A stretch of 64,000 nucleotides of DNA from Vicugna vicugna. Taxonomy: Eukaryota. Numbering within the stretch: the stretch's first letter is position 1; every line of letters starts with the position of its first letter. The translations under genes and the position numbers were made by a program. Shown here piece after piece: positions 61,700-64,000 of this stretch. Under the pieces are notes generated by a model that ran no database searches, was not told the origin of the DNA, and was given only the letters and a program-made list of their open reading frames with translations. Location of the stretch: the NCBI GenBank assembly GCA_013265495.1, contig MU058059.1, positions 62,001 to 126,000 of the forward strand. Reading direction: 5' to 3'.

Positions 61700-62280
61700 G
61701 CACCTGGTGTGGGCTCAGGTCAGACAGGGCTGGCAGCGTCGCACATCTCTGCCTGCATCGCAAGCGCAGAAGGATGGCAAACCTACAGGGAAGCCGCATC
61801 TGTAGGCTTCATTCCCGCTGTCATTGGTGAGGGCCCAGGGCTGACTGTGTGGACGGATGACCTCAAAGAGCCCCTCCCCCCTTGTCGGGGGAGGGGGGCG
61901 AGGAAAGAACAGGGGCGGGGTCTGAGCAGTTGCGCAGGCGCTGAAAGAACCAGAGGCCCGAGGTTCTGGCGTGGAGGACGCAGGCGCGCCCCCTTCACGG
62001 TCAGTGGCTGCGGCGGGGACCACAGGTGTCAGCCGCAGTCGGGAGCACGCGGGACCTGGGGGCCCGGCAGGTGCAGCTGCTTCCCAGCTGACGCCGAGGA
62101 GGAGGAGGGGCGAGGCCGGGAAAGGCAGGCTGGGAGCAGACAGCCCGGATCCGGACGCCCAGGGTCGAGAAGGAACGTCTAGTTTGACCAAACACCCTCT
62201 AAGACAGAGCCTCCCCCGGAGTCCCTGCTGCCTTCGAGGCTCCGGCGTTCCGAGTTCTCCGTCTTGACTGCAGCTGGAGT
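61700..62280. promoter_or_regulatory. Intronic GC/CpG-rich patch (possible CpG island or enhancer)
   Basis: Dense CpGs and GC boxes (ggggcgggg at about 61912, gggggcgagg). No recognisable repeat. Confidence 0.4.
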
Positions 62281-64000
62281 CTCGAAAGGTAGGCTGAATT
62301 TACTTGTAGAAAATGAGAAAAAGTTCTCCTCCTGCACATGGGAATTGTAACTGCAGATTTTAAACCTGATATACCTGCAGGAAAGCATTCTGGGTCTGTG
62401 AAGGCAACAGGCAGCTCCTACTGGGTTTTTGTTTTTTGTTTTTTTAAAAAAACCCTCGCTGCCAATGTTCTAGACTCTGTACTGAACATTGAGTCAGACG
62501 TCATTCCCTGTTCACTTGGCTCTCGGGCAAAAAGAACACAATATACCGAGAGCCAGTGTGATGGGGAACAGGAAAGCTGCACTGTTCTGAATGTGACATA
62601 TTTAGGAAGTGGGAATAAAACATCTTCAGGACACCTTATTTAGTGGTAACTGGTGTATGGGACAAAAACTGTGAACTCATAAGCCATTGATCAGACATCT
62701 CAAAAATTGTGTGTAACTGTCGAATTTCGCCCATAACTCTGTGTGGCCGGGATGGAGGTTCACTGGCACCCTTGAAAAATGATTTCTGGCCCCCACTTGT
62801 GACAACCCCGGGTCTGACCTGGCTGCTTGTGTTTTCAGAATGTTTCCTTGGTGATTTGGCTGTGCTGCTCCGGTTGGTAGCCTCTGTTACAGAAAGTTAC
62901 CTGTTTTTTAATCAATTCTCTATTTATGATGAATCTTTTATGCAGCATTCTGAAGAGGGGAGAAACCATCTAGGCTGTCTCACAAATATGTTTCCTCTGC
63001 GAAAATATCCTTGAACATAATATTACTACGTAAACATCCAATTGTGCGTTAATTAGGATACAGGTTTAATAAACTGAAAAGTTACAAATGCGTGTTGGAA
63101 GTGTCATGCTAGGGGGGGCCTAGTCCTGAATCATAAATACTAAGTGTTGGTCTGGGGCAGAGACTGGCGTATTTCGATCTTTAAGGTGCTTAAGCACAAG
63201 CACAGGTGCCTCATGGGTCTTAACCCTCGTGGTTCTGGTGCCAGGTGTGTGTGTTTCGGGACTCCTGGCTTGGGTTGCTGAGATCAGTAGGTACAAAGTA
63301 CACTGTCTAAAAACAGGGTGGTGGCATTTGGTTAGAATGTGAACTTTTAAGTTAGAAGTGAACTTTTCTCTCCATGGAAGATCTTAAGTCACAGTGGTAA
63401 TTCTCTACCCGAAACCACCTGGTGTCTGTTTATTGCCACGATAGAGGTTTGCTGTGGGAGGCAAAGGGCAGTAAGAGCGGTTGTGTCTTCAATAGTTGAA
63501 AGCAAAAGCTGGAGATCTTCGCTAAGGGAGATTTTCAGTCGTTGGCAAGAAAGGCTTGCTGACAGGTTTTTAGCATCTACGTTTTCTCCCTCAAGACCTG
63601 AGATCACATAATGCAAGCAGCTGGGTGGAACTCGAGGCTTCTAGTCCTTGACTAGTCATCAAGTCTATCTGTACTTCTGTATTAAATTCACGTGGTTGGG
63701 TACGGCCCCTTGATGGGCCATTAACAACTGCGACTTGTAATGTTCTCAGGCTGTTTTAAAAGGGACCAGCTGTCCAGTGGTGATGCCTGACAACGCGGTA
63801 TGCCGGTTTGCTCTTCCTGACCGTGGGTGTTCTCTTGCTTTTGAGTTACATTAGTGACAATGACCTCTATTTCACAGAGCAGTTGAATGAAAAATTTTAA
63901 AAAACTGCTTGGAACTGTGTAAGTTGATAAGTTTCTCTCTTCTTTGGTTCTTTCAAGAAAACAGTGTTAATTGTGGGTAAATTCCACTATGCTATGATCC

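Noticed and set aside
1..64000. CRISPR arrays, prokaryotic operons or defence systems, processed pseudogenes, and the remaining short ORFs of the track
   Set aside because: This is mammalian intronic DNA. I saw no regularly spaced repeat array or recognisable pseudogene, and the other ORFs are consistent with chance or repeat origin.

Overview
Mammalian genomic DNA, most likely a camelid, judged from a Vic-1/SINE_Vpa-type tRNA SINE and camelid-type young L1 3' ends. The window lies inside the minus-strand DLGAP1 (SAPAP1/GKAP) postsynaptic scaffold gene. It holds the large first coding exon (44894-45922; 72 nt UTR plus 957 nt CDS, MKGLSSSRSHHH...QYLQ). Three short alternative first coding exons lie downstream in transcription direction: MAHLR (40408-40422, putative), MIDLFKAEWVSSVCVQVSRNGRTDQ (39930-40004) and MNLIFHKDILFGISANK (15916-15966). 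All four end in phase 0 and would splice to a shared exon that I did not find in the window (expected beyond position 1). The remainder is intron with L1, L2, MIR, MaLR/ERVL LTR and Tigger/Charlie remnants. I see no novel multi-gene system. The most interesting pattern is that each of the four start codons is preceded within 40 nt by a short uORF, three with the same GAGATG context. Other notable items are an L2-embedded RE1 site and a perfect 20-bp CRE palindrome, a possible intron read-through isoform, and several structurally unusual L1 insertions with TSDs. Repeat family names and boundaries are by eye and approximate.
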